A stretch of 64,000 nucleotides of DNA, taken from sequence record NZ_CP096760.1, one strand, 5' to 3'. Source of the stretch: a plasmid. Under the pieces are notes generated by a model. That model was not told the origin of the DNA, did no database searches, and worked only from the letters and a program-made list of their open reading frames with translations. The position numbers and the translations under genes were made by a program. Shown one piece after another: positions 46,045 through 57,478 of this stretch; the first letter of the stretch is position 1, and each line of letters begins with the position of its first letter.

Positions 46045-46557
46045 ATGGCGCGTTACTTTGACATGTTTAGCAAAGAGATTTCTAAGGAAGAATATGAAAA
46101 GTTACGTGCCCATTTTGAGGAAGTTTTTAGAAAGCATGCCGAAAACGAACCAGACACTTTGCCGCTAAACATGTTTTCGGTGCGCGAATTTCAAAATGAA
46201 AACCTATGTGTGCAATTAATATGGCTCGGCGAAATCAGCGACAAGATAGTTTCCAGCCACTACAAGTCACAATATCCTATCTTTAAAATTGCGATCTTAA
46301 ATAAACGGAATGATGACCGATGGTATGAAGAACCTTTATCCAAGACGCACAACCGGCGGTCATCAGCCGATGCGGAATACGAAGACATCCTCTTGAAATA
46401 CTCCAAATGTTATTACGATGAAGAAGGTAACTTTACCTATAGTGAGGACAATCTTTCCAAGTGCATTCATGAACAAATTACGGTCGAGGGACTAATAGAA
46501 GAAAATCTCCCGTCAATTACCTTCAAACCGAAGACCAATTTCGATTCAGTGTGGTAA
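46045..46557 (+). CDS. hypothetical protein
   Basis: 170-aa ORF. Confidence 0.5.
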   Translation: MARYFDMFSKEISKEEYEKLRAHFEEVFRKHAENEPDTLPLNMFSVREFQNENLCVQLIWLGEISDKIVSSHYKSQYPIFKIAILNKRNDDRWYEEPLSKTHNRRSSADAEYEDILLKYSKCYYDEEGNFTYSEDNLSKCIHEQITVEGLIEENLPSITFKPKTNFDSVW

Positions 46558-46689
46558 CACACTGAATCTTATTATTTTACTTTACCTACAACATCGCCAT
46601 CATTTCGCTTCTTATCCACACGGCGCTCAATAAACTACATACAGCAGCAAGAAAACTGCAATAACTTCAACTAATAAAGGTATGTAAGT

Positions 46690-47553
46690 ATGAACGCAAA
46701 AGCTACTAATCAAGTAAAAGATGATGAATTACTTATATCTAATCTTTTTGATCAACTTGATATTGATGAATCAGAACTCGACATGGCTTTAGAGCCAACA
46801 GCCGAATCTGCTGCTGTTCAAGATGAAAAGCTAATCGATGAAGAGTTGCATGATGTTGAGTTATTAGACGACTTAAATAACACTGAACTTGAAACACTCA
46901 TTAATGATGAAGAATTAGATTTAAGCCTTGAAGCAGAAGAAGTTGAAAATTCTGTTGTTTCAGATAAGAAAGTTACAGAGCCTGAGAAGTTAAAAACTGA
47001 GAATGTAACTGAAAAACAAGTACCTAAATCTACACAGCAACGTGTAACGCACTACAACTCTAAGAAGTCGGAAGTTTTACTAGACCGTCTAGGCGGTAGT
47101 GCAGACATGATTCTTCTTGAAGCGAGTGATATTGATTTACCAAATGACAAGCTTAAAGAAAAACAAGAAAACCTGTTACGTATCCTGAACAACCAACCGA
47201 CGGTAATTGGTACACGAGGTAATGTTGAGACAGTTCAAAAGAAAGTAGCTGAGAAGGTCATTATCTTGTTCACCTATTTCAAGAACGGTGGAAACTTAAA
47301 TAAGGTCATGAGAATCGCATTTGAGACGATTATTACAGATGGTTATATTACAACTGGTAAAGGTGGCAATCTATATAACAACCTGTTGAATGCACATTAC
47401 TCAGAAGGTACAGCGCGAGCGCAGGCGGGACAGATGCTCCAAATGTTCCCCCTATTGAAAATTGCAACAAAAGAAGGAAATAAGCTAATTCCAAATGAGC
47501 AGTCGCTAATTTTAGCCAAGATGAAAGCTGATCTCTTTCCAAGTGAAAAGTAA
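46690..47553 (+). CDS. hypothetical protein, acidic N-terminal half
   Basis: 287-aa ORF. Confidence 0.5.
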   Translation: MNAKATNQVKDDELLISNLFDQLDIDESELDMALEPTAESAAVQDEKLIDEELHDVELLDDLNNTELETLINDEELDLSLEAEEVENSVVSDKKVTEPEKLKTENVTEKQVPKSTQQRVTHYNSKKSEVLLDRLGGSADMILLEASDIDLPNDKLKEKQENLLRILNNQPTVIGTRGNVETVQKKVAEKVIILFTYFKNGGNLNKVMRIAFETIITDGYITTGKGGNLYNNLLNAHYSEGTARAQAGQMLQMFPLLKIATKEGNKLIPNEQSLILAKMKADLFPSEK

Positions 47554-47570
47554 TAGAAAAAAGCGGTAAA

Positions 47571-47599
47571 AAGGGAGTGTCAAACTCCCTTTATTTTTG
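47571..47599 (+). terminator. Intrinsic terminator
   Basis: AGGGAGT-GTCAA-ACTCCCT then TTATTTTTG. Confidence 0.6.
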
Positions 47600-47727
47600 C
47601 CTATGTCAAAAACACTATTTTCCTGCTTCTAATTTGCGCGCTAATTACGTTAAAAAAATTTTTATAAAGAAACACTCACGCTGAAAATAAAATTAAATCT
47701 AGCGCTTTACAACGCAAAATAGCACTT

Positions 47728-47825
47728 CTTATATATAAGCGCTTACTTATAAATATTGTTATACTCTTTTAAAAATATAAAACAGTAGATAGAATCCATA
47801 TTATTAGTTATCGCTTACTATATAT
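47728..47825 (+). promoter_or_regulatory. Two palindromic promoter-like elements just upstream of the IS insertion
   Basis: CTTATATATAAGCGCTTACTTATAAAT and ATTATTAGTTATCGCTTACTATATAT. Confidence 0.4.
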
Positions 47826-47861
47826 TTCCAGATAATTACATTTACTATTCACTCAACACTG

Positions 47862-48899
47862 GCTTTGTTGCACAAACCTAGCCTATAAGGTTTATTCAGT
47901 CCTATATTTCAAAATGAATAAACCTACTCCTAAAACTTATCGTACAACCAACTGGTCTTCCTATAATCGCGCTCTCATTAATCGGGGTAACATTTCCATT
48001 TGGTTTGATCCAAACACTCAGTGGTATGCACAACCACAAGACAAGCAAGGTCGAAATCAAACTTACTCCGATAAGGCTATTCAATGCTGTTTAATGATCA
48101 AATCTTTATTTAGACTCTCTTTACGCATGGTCACAGGTTTTGTTCAAAGTCTGATTAAACTTTGTGGATTAAATTGGACCGCACCAGATTACAGTACGCT
48201 TTGTCGAAGACAAAAACATATTAATATTGCGATTAGCTATCAAAAAAGTAGTGATGGGCTACATCTACTCGTCGACTCAACTGGCTTAAAGTTTCTAGGT
48301 GAAGGCGAGTGGAAACGTAAGAAACATGAACCTGAATATCGTTGCCAATGGCGTAAGCTTCATATTGGCATCGATGCTGAAACCTTGCAAATACGTGCAG
48401 TACAGCTTACTATAAATAATGTGAGCGATTCGCAAGTACTCGGTGATTTACTTGATCAAATCCCGTTGAATGAGCAGATTGATTCGGTCTATACCGATGG
48501 TGCTTATGACACGAAGCACTGCAGACAAGTCATTCTAGATCGAGATGCACATGCGGTCATTCCGCCAAGAAAAAATGCAAAACCATGGAAAGATCAGAAA
48601 TTGAGATCTTTAGAGCGGAATGAGTTACTGAAAACAGTTAAACGTTTAGGAAGAACGCTTTGGAAAAAATGGGCAGGCTATCATCGTCGAAGTTTAGTTG
48701 AAACCAAGATGCATTGCATCAAACTATTGGGGGATAAACTCAGTGCGAGAAACTTTCAGAGCCAAGTGAATGAGATTCATGCTCGTGTGGCAGTATTAAA
48801 TAAATTTACAGAATTAGGTCGTCCTCATACCCAAGTTGTCACTTGAATTCTGTTCAAATGAGCAGAGTGTTGTCTTTTAAATCTTTGTGCAACAAAGCC
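47862..48899 (+). mobile_element. IS5-family (IS903-group) insertion sequence, intact
   Basis: Terminal inverted repeats GGCTTTGTTGCACAAA / TTTGTGCAACAAAGCC. Single 310-aa transposase. No 9-bp direct repeat at the flanks. Confidence 0.8.
47914..48846 (+). CDS. IS5-family transposase
   Basis: Full-length DDE transposase inside the inverted repeats. Confidence 0.85.
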   Translation: MNKPTPKTYRTTNWSSYNRALINRGNISIWFDPNTQWYAQPQDKQGRNQTYSDKAIQCCLMIKSLFRLSLRMVTGFVQSLIKLCGLNWTAPDYSTLCRRQKHINIAISYQKSSDGLHLLVDSTGLKFLGEGEWKRKKHEPEYRCQWRKLHIGIDAETLQIRAVQLTINNVSDSQVLGDLLDQIPLNEQIDSVYTDGAYDTKHCRQVILDRDAHAVIPPRKNAKPWKDQKLRSLERNELLKTVKRLGRTLWKKWAGYHRRSLVETKMHCIKLLGDKLSARNFQSQVNEIHARVAVLNKFTELGRPHTQVVT

Positions 48900-49380
48900 G
48901 CTAACGACTAAAGTTTCACCGGCTTTAGGCTGACCAATGTCTAACAACCCCATATAAGCAGTAAATCCTGGCATTCCCAAAATATCCAATGCCCAAGATG
49001 GATGTTCAGGTTGCATACCTAAGCTTTGACATACAGTCCCATTAGAAATTGCGTAGCCCTGCCAGCCATTTCCTGAAAGAACCCACTCGCCTTCTTTGAA
49101 TTTTGGGTTTTTAGAGGCCACTACTTGACTGACTCTTCCACCGACCATCACTTCGCCAATTTCAACCGGTGCTGCATATGAGGGAGCATCACTCATGCGA
49201 CCACACATATAAGGATCGAGTGACAAGTAAATGGTCTTTAACAATATCTCGCCTTATTTAAGTTCATTGAGTTCAACTTGCTCAATACGAAAATCGCTGT
49301 GTTTTGGCTCACCGAGTGGCCGTTTAGCTAAAACGATGCGTTGGTTAATAACTGTTTCCACTCGCATAACTCCATGTTTT
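48900..49380 (-). pseudogene. NADPH-dependent oxidoreductase (CurA/YncB-like) N-terminal remnant, frameshifted and truncated by the IS
   Basis: MRVETVINQRIVLAKRPLGEP... reaches a stop, then continues in another frame (LYLSLDPYMCGRM...) up to the IS boundary. Confidence 0.55.
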
Positions 49381-49503
49381 GTATAAAAGTATTTCTATTG
49401 ATAATTGAGACTGTTGATTAAAACGTCTTTACATCAATTGTAGATGAGTTATAATAAAAAAAATACGACTGGTCTATTTTTTACAATAGAGTAAATAATT
49501 AAT

Positions 49504-50112
49504 ATGAAGCCTAATCCTATTAAAAAGTCTGAAGCGAAGCGCTTACACATTCTTAACACTAGTTCAGACCTGATTTTGCATAAAGGTTTTACCGGTGTAG
49601 GATTACAGGAAATTTTACAGAACTGTGAGATCCCCAAAGGCTCGTTTTATCATTACTTCCAATCCAAGGAAGCTTTCGGATGTGAATTGGTACAGCATTA
49701 TGTAGACAATTACCAAGTCCGTTTAAATGATGTATGGCGTAGTGATAAATCCCCTTATCAAAAGCTAATTGAGTATTTTAATTTATGGATAGAAGATCCT
49801 GTAACACAGTGTGGTTGGGCGGATAGCTGTTTAATTGTGAAACTTGCCGCAGAAGTTGCCGATCTATCTGAAGATATGCGCTCGATTATGTCCGCTGGCG
49901 TCGATGATGTAATCGAACGTATTGCTGGTTTAATTGATTTGGGAAAACAGGATCAGTCTATCCAGGCAGATACTGAGGCCTCGACGTTGGCACAAGTACT
50001 TTACCAAATGTGGTTAGGTGCAGCATTACTGAGTAAATTGCAAAAAGATAAAACACCATTACATCAAGCTCTGAGAGCAACTAAATTTCTATTAAAAAGT
50101 GAAGATTCATAA
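49504..50112 (+). CDS. TetR-family transcriptional regulator
   Basis: N-terminal TetR HTH. Confidence 0.8.
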   Translation: MKPNPIKKSEAKRLHILNTSSDLILHKGFTGVGLQEILQNCEIPKGSFYHYFQSKEAFGCELVQHYVDNYQVRLNDVWRSDKSPYQKLIEYFNLWIEDPVTQCGWADSCLIVKLAAEVADLSEDMRSIMSAGVDDVIERIAGLIDLGKQDQSIQADTEASTLAQVLYQMWLGAALLSKLQKDKTPLHQALRATKFLLKSEDS

Positions 50113-50530
50113 AAATTAGATTAAATATCAATTACATAATTAATGACAGCAGCCCAATGATTACTTATTAATGTGTTGCTATTAGATCAATTTACAATCC
50201 ATGAGTATAGCGCACAATGAATTCTCCTTCTAAAGCCCTCATGTCTCGTATTTTAGTCGGATATTTAGGCTTATATCCCACACTATTACTGGTACTTACT
50301 TTATTAAAGCCAATTACTCAGCATCAAAGTTTCCCGATGATGGTGTTGATTGAAGTCATAGTATTAGTGCCAGTAACGCAACTGATTTCTTTCCCACTGG
50401 CAGGTTGGCTCATTACACAGCTAAAAAATTTTAAGAATTTGTTTTAAGAAGAATTTATGCTGGCAACAGCAATCCTAAGTCCTTATTTTGCCAACCACAA
50501 CGGTTGGCAAAATAACTCACTTAGTCAATA

Positions 50531-51658
50531 CTAATCTGCGTAAGCTGGATAATCAATATAGCCTTTTTCTGTCCCACCATACATAGTGCTTGCATCTACT
50601 GGATTCAATGGCCAGCCATTGGCGATGCGATCGGGTAAATCTGGATTCGCAATAAATGGGCGTCCAAATGCAATTAAATCGGCCAGTCCTGCCTCTAAAA
50701 TTCGAGTCCCTCTTTCTGCCGTATATCGACCTGCATAAATAATCCGACCACTGAAAGTGTCTCTGACATCTCTACGAAAATCATGAGGAAGTTCTGGTGC
50801 ATTATCCCAATCAGCTTCTGCAATCGATAAATAGGCAATCCCAACTTCTTCAAGTATTTTTATGGCTTCAATATAAGTCACATGTGGATCATCTTCAACC
50901 AACCCTATGTAAACACGATCTTCCTCTGTACTTTCAAATAGCGGGGCAAAACGCACTCCTAAACGATCTGCACCAACCACCTCAGCAACTGCCTCTACTA
51001 CTTCACGTAAAAAACGCAAACGATTGTTTAGTGATCCACCATATTCATCTTCACGGTGGTTACTATGTGCAGAGATAAATTGATTCACCAAATAACCATT
51101 TGCACAATGAATTTCAACTCCATCAAAACCAGCAGCCAAGGCATTGCGTGCTGCTTGAGCATAGAGTTGCACTAATTCTTTAACTTCTGCATTGCTTAAA
51201 GCACGTGGCATTGAAGGATCAGCCAAGGTCCCAGCATTAGGCCCGGTCTCAATAAACACTTTAACATTACTATCAGCCCTAATAGCCGAGGGTGCGACCG
51301 GTGATGCATGATTAGGTTGCAAAGATGTATGTGAAACACGCCCAACATGCCAAAGTTGTGCAAAAATAATGCCTCCTTTAGCATGCACTGCTTCAGTCAC
51401 TTTACGCCATCCAGCAATCTGTTCAGGGCTGTAAATACCGGGAGTCCAAGCATAGCCTTGACCACGTGGCTCGATTTGCGTACCTTCGGTGACCATAAAT
51501 CCTGCCCCGGCACGCTGTTGATAATAGGTTGCCATCAGTTCATTTGGAATATTCCCTGGCTGAGTACTGCGCGACCGCGTTAATGGTGGCAATACAATAC
51601 GGTTTCGCAAAACATAAGGGCCTAAGCTTAAGTTTTGAAAAAGTATGCTGTCTTTCAT
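50531..51658 (-). CDS. Old-yellow-enzyme NADH:flavin oxidoreductase (NemA-like)
   Basis: OYE TIM-barrel motifs. Confidence 0.85.
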   Translation of the reverse strand: MKDSILFQNLSLGPYVLRNRIVLPPLTRSRSTQPGNIPNELMATYYQQRAGAGFMVTEGTQIEPRGQGYAWTPGIYSPEQIAGWRKVTEAVHAKGGIIFAQLWHVGRVSHTSLQPNHASPVAPSAIRADSNVKVFIETGPNAGTLADPSMPRALSNAEVKELVQLYAQAARNALAAGFDGVEIHCANGYLVNQFISAHSNHREDEYGGSLNNRLRFLREVVEAVAEVVGADRLGVRFAPLFESTEEDRVYIGLVEDDPHVTYIEAIKILEEVGIAYLSIAEADWDNAPELPHDFRRDVRDTFSGRIIYAGRYTAERGTRILEAGLADLIAFGRPFIANPDLPDRIANGWPLNPVDASTMYGGTEKGYIDYPAYAD

Positions 51659-51858
51659 TTCATTGTATCCAAGTAATCATGACTTAATTGATCTAAATTA
51701 AAAAATACCCTTCCTTCCTGTATATAGAAAAATAAAGGAAAGAAAGCTATTAACTCAGACCCTCCACCATTAAGTGAGGGTTATTTTGCTTATTGCACCC
51801 GTTGCTCAGAGTCAGAAGTTATTCACTGCTAAGCACCACAACAGACGCTAGCTACTCT

Positions 51859-52536
51859 TTATTTCAACAATTGAAGTAATGCTGTAGCAGTTGCAGCAGA
51901 AGAGGCTGGATTTTGTCCAGTAACCAGCAAGCCATCTACTTGAACATGTACTTGCCAATCATCTACTTTAGAATAATGACCACCATTTTCTTTAAGCATG
52001 TCTTCGACTAAAAATGGTACAATTTCAGTCAAGCCTACAGCAGCCTCCTCAGTATTGCTAAAACCAGTGACTAATTTACCGCTGACTAAAGGCGCTCCAT
52101 TACTCGCTTTCACATGACGAAGAACACCTGGGGCATGACACACTGCTGCAACAGGTTTGCCAGACTGAATCGCCTGTTCAATCAGAGAAATTGAAATCGG
52201 ATCTTCTGCTAAATCCCACAATGGACCATGCCCGCCTGGATAAAACACCGCATCATAATCAGCTACAGAAATTTCGCTAAGTTTATGCGTCTGTGCCAAT
52301 GCTTGCATTGCAGTTGGATCAGCTTCAAAACGATGAGTGGCTTCAGTTTGCGCATCGGCTAAATTACTTTTAGGATCTAGTGGTGGCTGCCCACCTTGAG
52401 GCGACGCCAGCGTAACTTCAGCACCAGAGTCAATAAAGATGTAATACGGTGCAGCAAGTTCTTCTAGCCAGAAACCTGTTTTCTTACCAGTATTGCCAAG
52501 TTGAACATGTGAGGTTAAAACGACTAAAATTTTCAT
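51859..52536 (-). CDS. DJ-1/PfpI-family protein
   Basis: Start set at MKILVVLTSH, which has a GGAG RBS; conserved Cys in AAVCHAPG. Confidence 0.75.
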   Translation of the reverse strand: MKILVVLTSHVQLGNTGKKTGFWLEELAAPYYIFIDSGAEVTLASPQGGQPPLDPKSNLADAQTEATHRFEADPTAMQALAQTHKLSEISVADYDAVFYPGGHGPLWDLAEDPISISLIEQAIQSGKPVAAVCHAPGVLRHVKASNGAPLVSGKLVTGFSNTEEAAVGLTEIVPFLVEDMLKENGGHYSKVDDWQVHVQVDGLLVTGQNPASSAATATALLQLLK

Positions 52537-52620
52537 GTTATTTCTCCGATAATTTTCATGATTGAGGAGCATTGTTGCATGATCACTTGCTGTGTGGCGT
52601 GAGCATGCCAGATAGCTTAT

Positions 52621-53778
52621 TTAGATGCTCGTCGCAAGAATTTGGCGACTGATCTCTAATGAAACATTTTTGTGTTCGCCTAGCCGTGTCAGATTGTGTG
52701 ATTTAAGTTGCGTAATGATGATCTCAATATCTGTCTCCCCCAGTCCATAATCGCTAAGACGAGTCGGCAATCCAAGTTGCTCAAAGAAGGCTCGAGTACG
52801 AGCAATAGCCGTATCAATACGTTGTTCTTCATCACCTTCGACAATCTGCCAGACACGAGCTGCATACTGTAGTAATTTTTCTCGCTTCTCTTGACGACGC
52901 ACTTGTAGATTGGCCGGCAACACAATGGCCAAGGTACGAGCATGATCAATACCATGTAAAGCCGTGAGCTCATGTCCAATCAAATGGGTTGACCAATCTT
53001 GTGGTACACCAGCTCCAATCAGCCCATTCAGTGCCATGCTAGCAGACCACATCAAATTCGCACGCGTGTCATAATCTGCTGAATCTTCCAAGATTTTCGG
53101 TCCAATCTCAATCAGAGTTTGCAATAGACCTTCGGCAAAACGATCTTGTACTTGTGCATTCACAGGGTAAGTTAAGTACTGTTCAATGACATGAACAAAT
53201 GCATCCACCACGCCATTAGCCAACTGGCGCGTCGGCAAGCTAAAGCTTTTATTCGGATCTAGTACGGAAAATTGCGGAAAAACATAGGGACTGCTAAATG
53301 ACAATTTGGCTTGGGTCGATTTTCTGGTTACTACACCACCGCTATTCATTTCTGAACCAGTTGCCGGAAGGGTGAGTACACTCGCAAAAGGCAAAGCTTG
53401 AGTAATTTTAGTACCATGGGTTTCTAAAATCTCCCATGTATCCCCTGTATAATTGACTGCTGCTGCAATAAATTTAGTACCATCAATTACCGATCCACCA
53501 CCGACAGCCATCAAGAAATCAATCTTTTGTTCTCGAATCAGCTCTACAGCTTTCATGAGGGTTTCATAACTCGGATTCGGCTCAATTCCGCCAAATTCAT
53601 GAATTTCTCTTGCACCTAATGCTTCACGCACTTCAGCTAAAGTACCATTCTTACGTGCACTTTCACCACCAAATAACATTAACACTTTTGCTTCTGTAGG
53701 CACATAGTCATTGATTTCAGCTATTGTATCGCCACCAAAAATAATGCGGGTCGGATTATAAAAGTTAAAATTCAGCAT
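52621..53778 (-). CDS. Iron-containing (group III) alcohol dehydrogenase
   Basis: Fe-ADH fold motifs GGGSVIDGTK and His-rich metal site. Confidence 0.85.
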   Translation of the reverse strand: MLNFNFYNPTRIIFGGDTIAEINDYVPTEAKVLMLFGGESARKNGTLAEVREALGAREIHEFGGIEPNPSYETLMKAVELIREQKIDFLMAVGGGSVIDGTKFIAAAVNYTGDTWEILETHGTKITQALPFASVLTLPATGSEMNSGGVVTRKSTQAKLSFSSPYVFPQFSVLDPNKSFSLPTRQLANGVVDAFVHVIEQYLTYPVNAQVQDRFAEGLLQTLIEIGPKILEDSADYDTRANLMWSASMALNGLIGAGVPQDWSTHLIGHELTALHGIDHARTLAIVLPANLQVRRQEKREKLLQYAARVWQIVEGDEEQRIDTAIARTRAFFEQLGLPTRLSDYGLGETDIEIIITQLKSHNLTRLGEHKNVSLEISRQILATSI

Positions 53779-54374
53779 ATTTTTATCCTAGGATGATCAG
53801 CTAATTGATTTGAAAAGCCACCGTTATTCATCAAATAAACTTTAAAAAATTGGACAATACTGTGGCTTTTGCCTACACCATGTGCTAACTATACATAAAA
53901 ATAGACCAGTCGTCTATTTTTTTAAAAAAATTATTTCAGCTTGCCAACTTGAGTGATGCTTAAACAAATTCAGGCTTGTTCTATACCACTTTTATTATTG
54001 ATGTATTTTCACGAGCGATTGTTGGATGGAAGATATCAACACGTATGACTATTGACATGGTCGTGAACGCATTGGCTGAAACAGTGAATGGCTCATAGAA
54101 AATAGCAATGATTAAATATTTTAAAAGCAGATTGGCAAGGTTTAGCAGATGTACAAATGCAGCGCTAAATTAGATAGATTGGTTCAATATAAGGCATGTG
54201 GATTCATTCGTTTATTTACCCTGTTTTGGATATTGACCCATGTAAACGATGAGATTAAGCCAATAAATAAAGTAGCCCAACTTGAATAAAAAGCCTCTGA
54301 CAAACATCATAGGGTTGAAGTGCTGCCTTACATTCAAAATTTCAGACAGCACCCTCATACATTTAAGCATAGGT

Positions 54375-54677
54375 TTAAGCTGGTAGTTTACTCGCCAAAA
54401 CATCTACTTTTTCAATAGATGGTGGCTCTGAAAATAGCTCTTCGGCCTGAGCCATCAACGCAGCTGCAACCTTGCCAGATAAATGCGCTTGGCGACCCGC
54501 CTCATCAGGAAATGCATCAAAAATACCAAATGTTGTAGGACCAAGACGAAGGCCAAACCACGCAACTGTCGCAGGTTCTTCCATTACAATAGGTAAACCG
54601 GCTTTAAGAAAAGCTTCCACTTCGTCTTCTTTACCCGGTTTAGCTTCAAGACGGACATATAAAGCTGTTTTAAGCAT
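54375..54677 (-). CDS. ABM-family (antibiotic biosynthesis monooxygenase-like) protein
   Basis: 100-aa ferredoxin-like fold family. Confidence 0.6.
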   Translation of the reverse strand: MLKTALYVRLEAKPGKEDEVEAFLKAGLPIVMEEPATVAWFGLRLGPTTFGIFDAFPDEAGRQAHLSGKVAAALMAQAEELFSEPPSIEKVDVLASKLPA

Positions 54678-55000
54678 GACTAAAACTCCATAATTGATTA
54701 GAATTCAAACTGAATCTGACATTGCTAATGTATGCATGTCAGAAAGTTTTGTTGTATAAAAGTTAAAAAAATTTCCCATAGCTGAGCCAAAATTTAGATT
54801 TTTATTTCGACATAATGCTATGAATTTATTCAAGTTAATATCATTAACATTTGAATCAAAAATCAAGATATGAGATGATTAAATTCAATCTTAGTTATAT
54901 AAGGATCAATTGACTCTACCTTAGATTTATAAGCTGACCTCTTCATCTGGAGATTATATTGCTCAAGAAGCATTCAAGAACAACATGTATATCCTCATAT

Positions 55001-55846
55001 CTATGAAAGTTTTTTTGCTAGGAATTTGCTGTGAAACTCTATATGTTTCTCTATAAAGCTCGCAATGAAGTAATAGCTATGGTCATACCCTTCTCTTAGG
55101 TTAAGTGTAAGAGGATATTCTTGTTCCAAACAAATATCACTAAGCAGCTTAGGTCTTAACTGTTCTTCAAGAAAATCATCAGCTGTTCCCTGATCGACTA
55201 AAATAGGTAAATGAACTTCCGCGTTTTTGATTAATTCAATCGCATCATAGCTTTTCCATAAAGTTTCGTTTTCACCTAGGTAGTGTGTGAAAGCCTTTTT
55301 CCCCCAAGGTACTTGGCTAGGTGCAACAATTGGTGCAAAAGCAGAAATACTTTTATACAGCTCAGGGTTTTTTAACCCAATGACTAATGCACCATGACCA
55401 CCCATGCTATGCCCCATAATGCTTTGGACTTGGTTGGTCGGAAAATTCAGGTCAATCAGATTTCTGAGCTCTTCCACAATATAATCATACATTTTGAAAT
55501 GCTGTGACCAGGGTGCTTGTGTTGCATTCACATAGAATCCTGCACCTTGGCCTAAATCATAATCTGCATGATCTGGTACATCTTCTCCACGTGGGCTGGT
55601 ATCTGGTGCAACAATAATGACTTTATGTTCAGCCGCATACTTTTGTGCTCCGGCTTTAGTAATAAAGTTCTGTTCGTTGCAAGTCAGCCCTGATAACCAA
55701 TATAAAACTGGCAACCGCTCATCTTTGTCATGAGGTGGCAGATATATTGAGAATTTCATTGAACAGTTTAATGCTGTTGACTGATGGCAATACACTTCTT
55801 GCGATCCACCAAAAGAAGCATGTTTCTCAATTATTTCCATAATCAA
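55001..55846 (-). CDS. frmB: S-formylglutathione hydrolase (esterase D)
   Basis: GHSMGGHGAL serine hydrolase motif and overall FrmB/FghA similarity. Confidence 0.85.
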   Translation of the reverse strand: MIMEIIEKHASFGGSQEVYCHQSTALNCSMKFSIYLPPHDKDERLPVLYWLSGLTCNEQNFITKAGAQKYAAEHKVIIVAPDTSPRGEDVPDHADYDLGQGAGFYVNATQAPWSQHFKMYDYIVEELRNLIDLNFPTNQVQSIMGHSMGGHGALVIGLKNPELYKSISAFAPIVAPSQVPWGKKAFTHYLGENETLWKSYDAIELIKNAEVHLPILVDQGTADDFLEEQLRPKLLSDICLEQEYPLTLNLREGYDHSYYFIASFIEKHIEFHSKFLAKKLS

Positions 55847-56068
55847 TTACCTATGTTGAGCAAGACTTCATGAGAAATCGAGTAAACAAAGAGTCTGTCA
55901 TTCTCCACAGAGAATAGTGATTAAGATTTAAAATGTAGGCAGGTTTGTTGAACCTATACACGATGCCTACACAGATAGATGGGTTTTACAGATAATGTGC
56001 CGTTTTAGAGGATTCCATGCATGTCATTCATGATGCACATGCATGGAAAACTATAAGGTCTGACGGAA

Positions 56069-57202
<1,134 letters not shown>

Positions 57203-57478
57203 CTATTTTAAATATGATTTTAGAATCTTGGCGATTTCAGCCAATTCTTCTTTTCGTTGTTGTTCTGTGGTTTCACCTGATACTAAAGTGTCCTTTAAAT
57301 GAACCTCTAACATCTCATTCATTAGACCATTAATAGCACCACGCACAGAGCATATTTGTTGCAGAATCGCACCACATTCCACATTGTCTTCTAGCGCTTT
57401 TTCAATCGCTTGTGTCTGACCTTTGATCTTTCTGACGCGTAGAAGAATCTTTTTTTTGTCTTCAACCTGATTAGGCAT
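57203..57478 (-). CDS. frmR: FrmR/RcnR-family formaldehyde-responsive repressor
   Basis: 91-aa CsoR-like protein upstream of frmA. Confidence 0.8.
   Translation of the reverse strand: MPNQVEDKKKILLRVRKIKGQTQAIEKALEDNVECGAILQQICSVRGAINGLMNEMLEVHLKDTLVSGETTEQQRKEELAEIAKILKSYLK

Larger units (their letters stand above)
1..47861. mobile_element. Phage-plasmid-like element, replication/recombination/nucleotide-metabolism half (structural genes not in window)
   Basis: Contiguous block of phage-type genes sharing one promoter motif, plus iteron-RepB, ParA, recombinase and repressor. It ends at an IS insertion 35 bp downstream of the last motif copy. Confidence 0.6.

Noticed and set aside
2459-47825. 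Interpreting the TAGTAAGCGCTTACTA palindromes as intrinsic terminators or as a CRISPR-like repeat array
   Set aside because: There is no T-tract after the hairpin. They sit upstream of genes with a TATAAT immediately 3'. Spacing is irregular, from 50 bp to 14 kb, and no cas genes are present. Promoter/operator is the better fit.
50217-50447. 76-aa hydrophobic ORF between tetR and the OYE gene
   Set aside because: It has no RBS or conservation signal and lies in a short convergent intergenic region. It is possibly real but unsupported.
54212-54403. Minus-strand 63-aa ORF in the 600-bp gap between the Fe-ADH and ABM genes
   Set aside because: It overlaps the ABM gene end and has no support. 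The gap more likely holds promoter or regulatory sequence.
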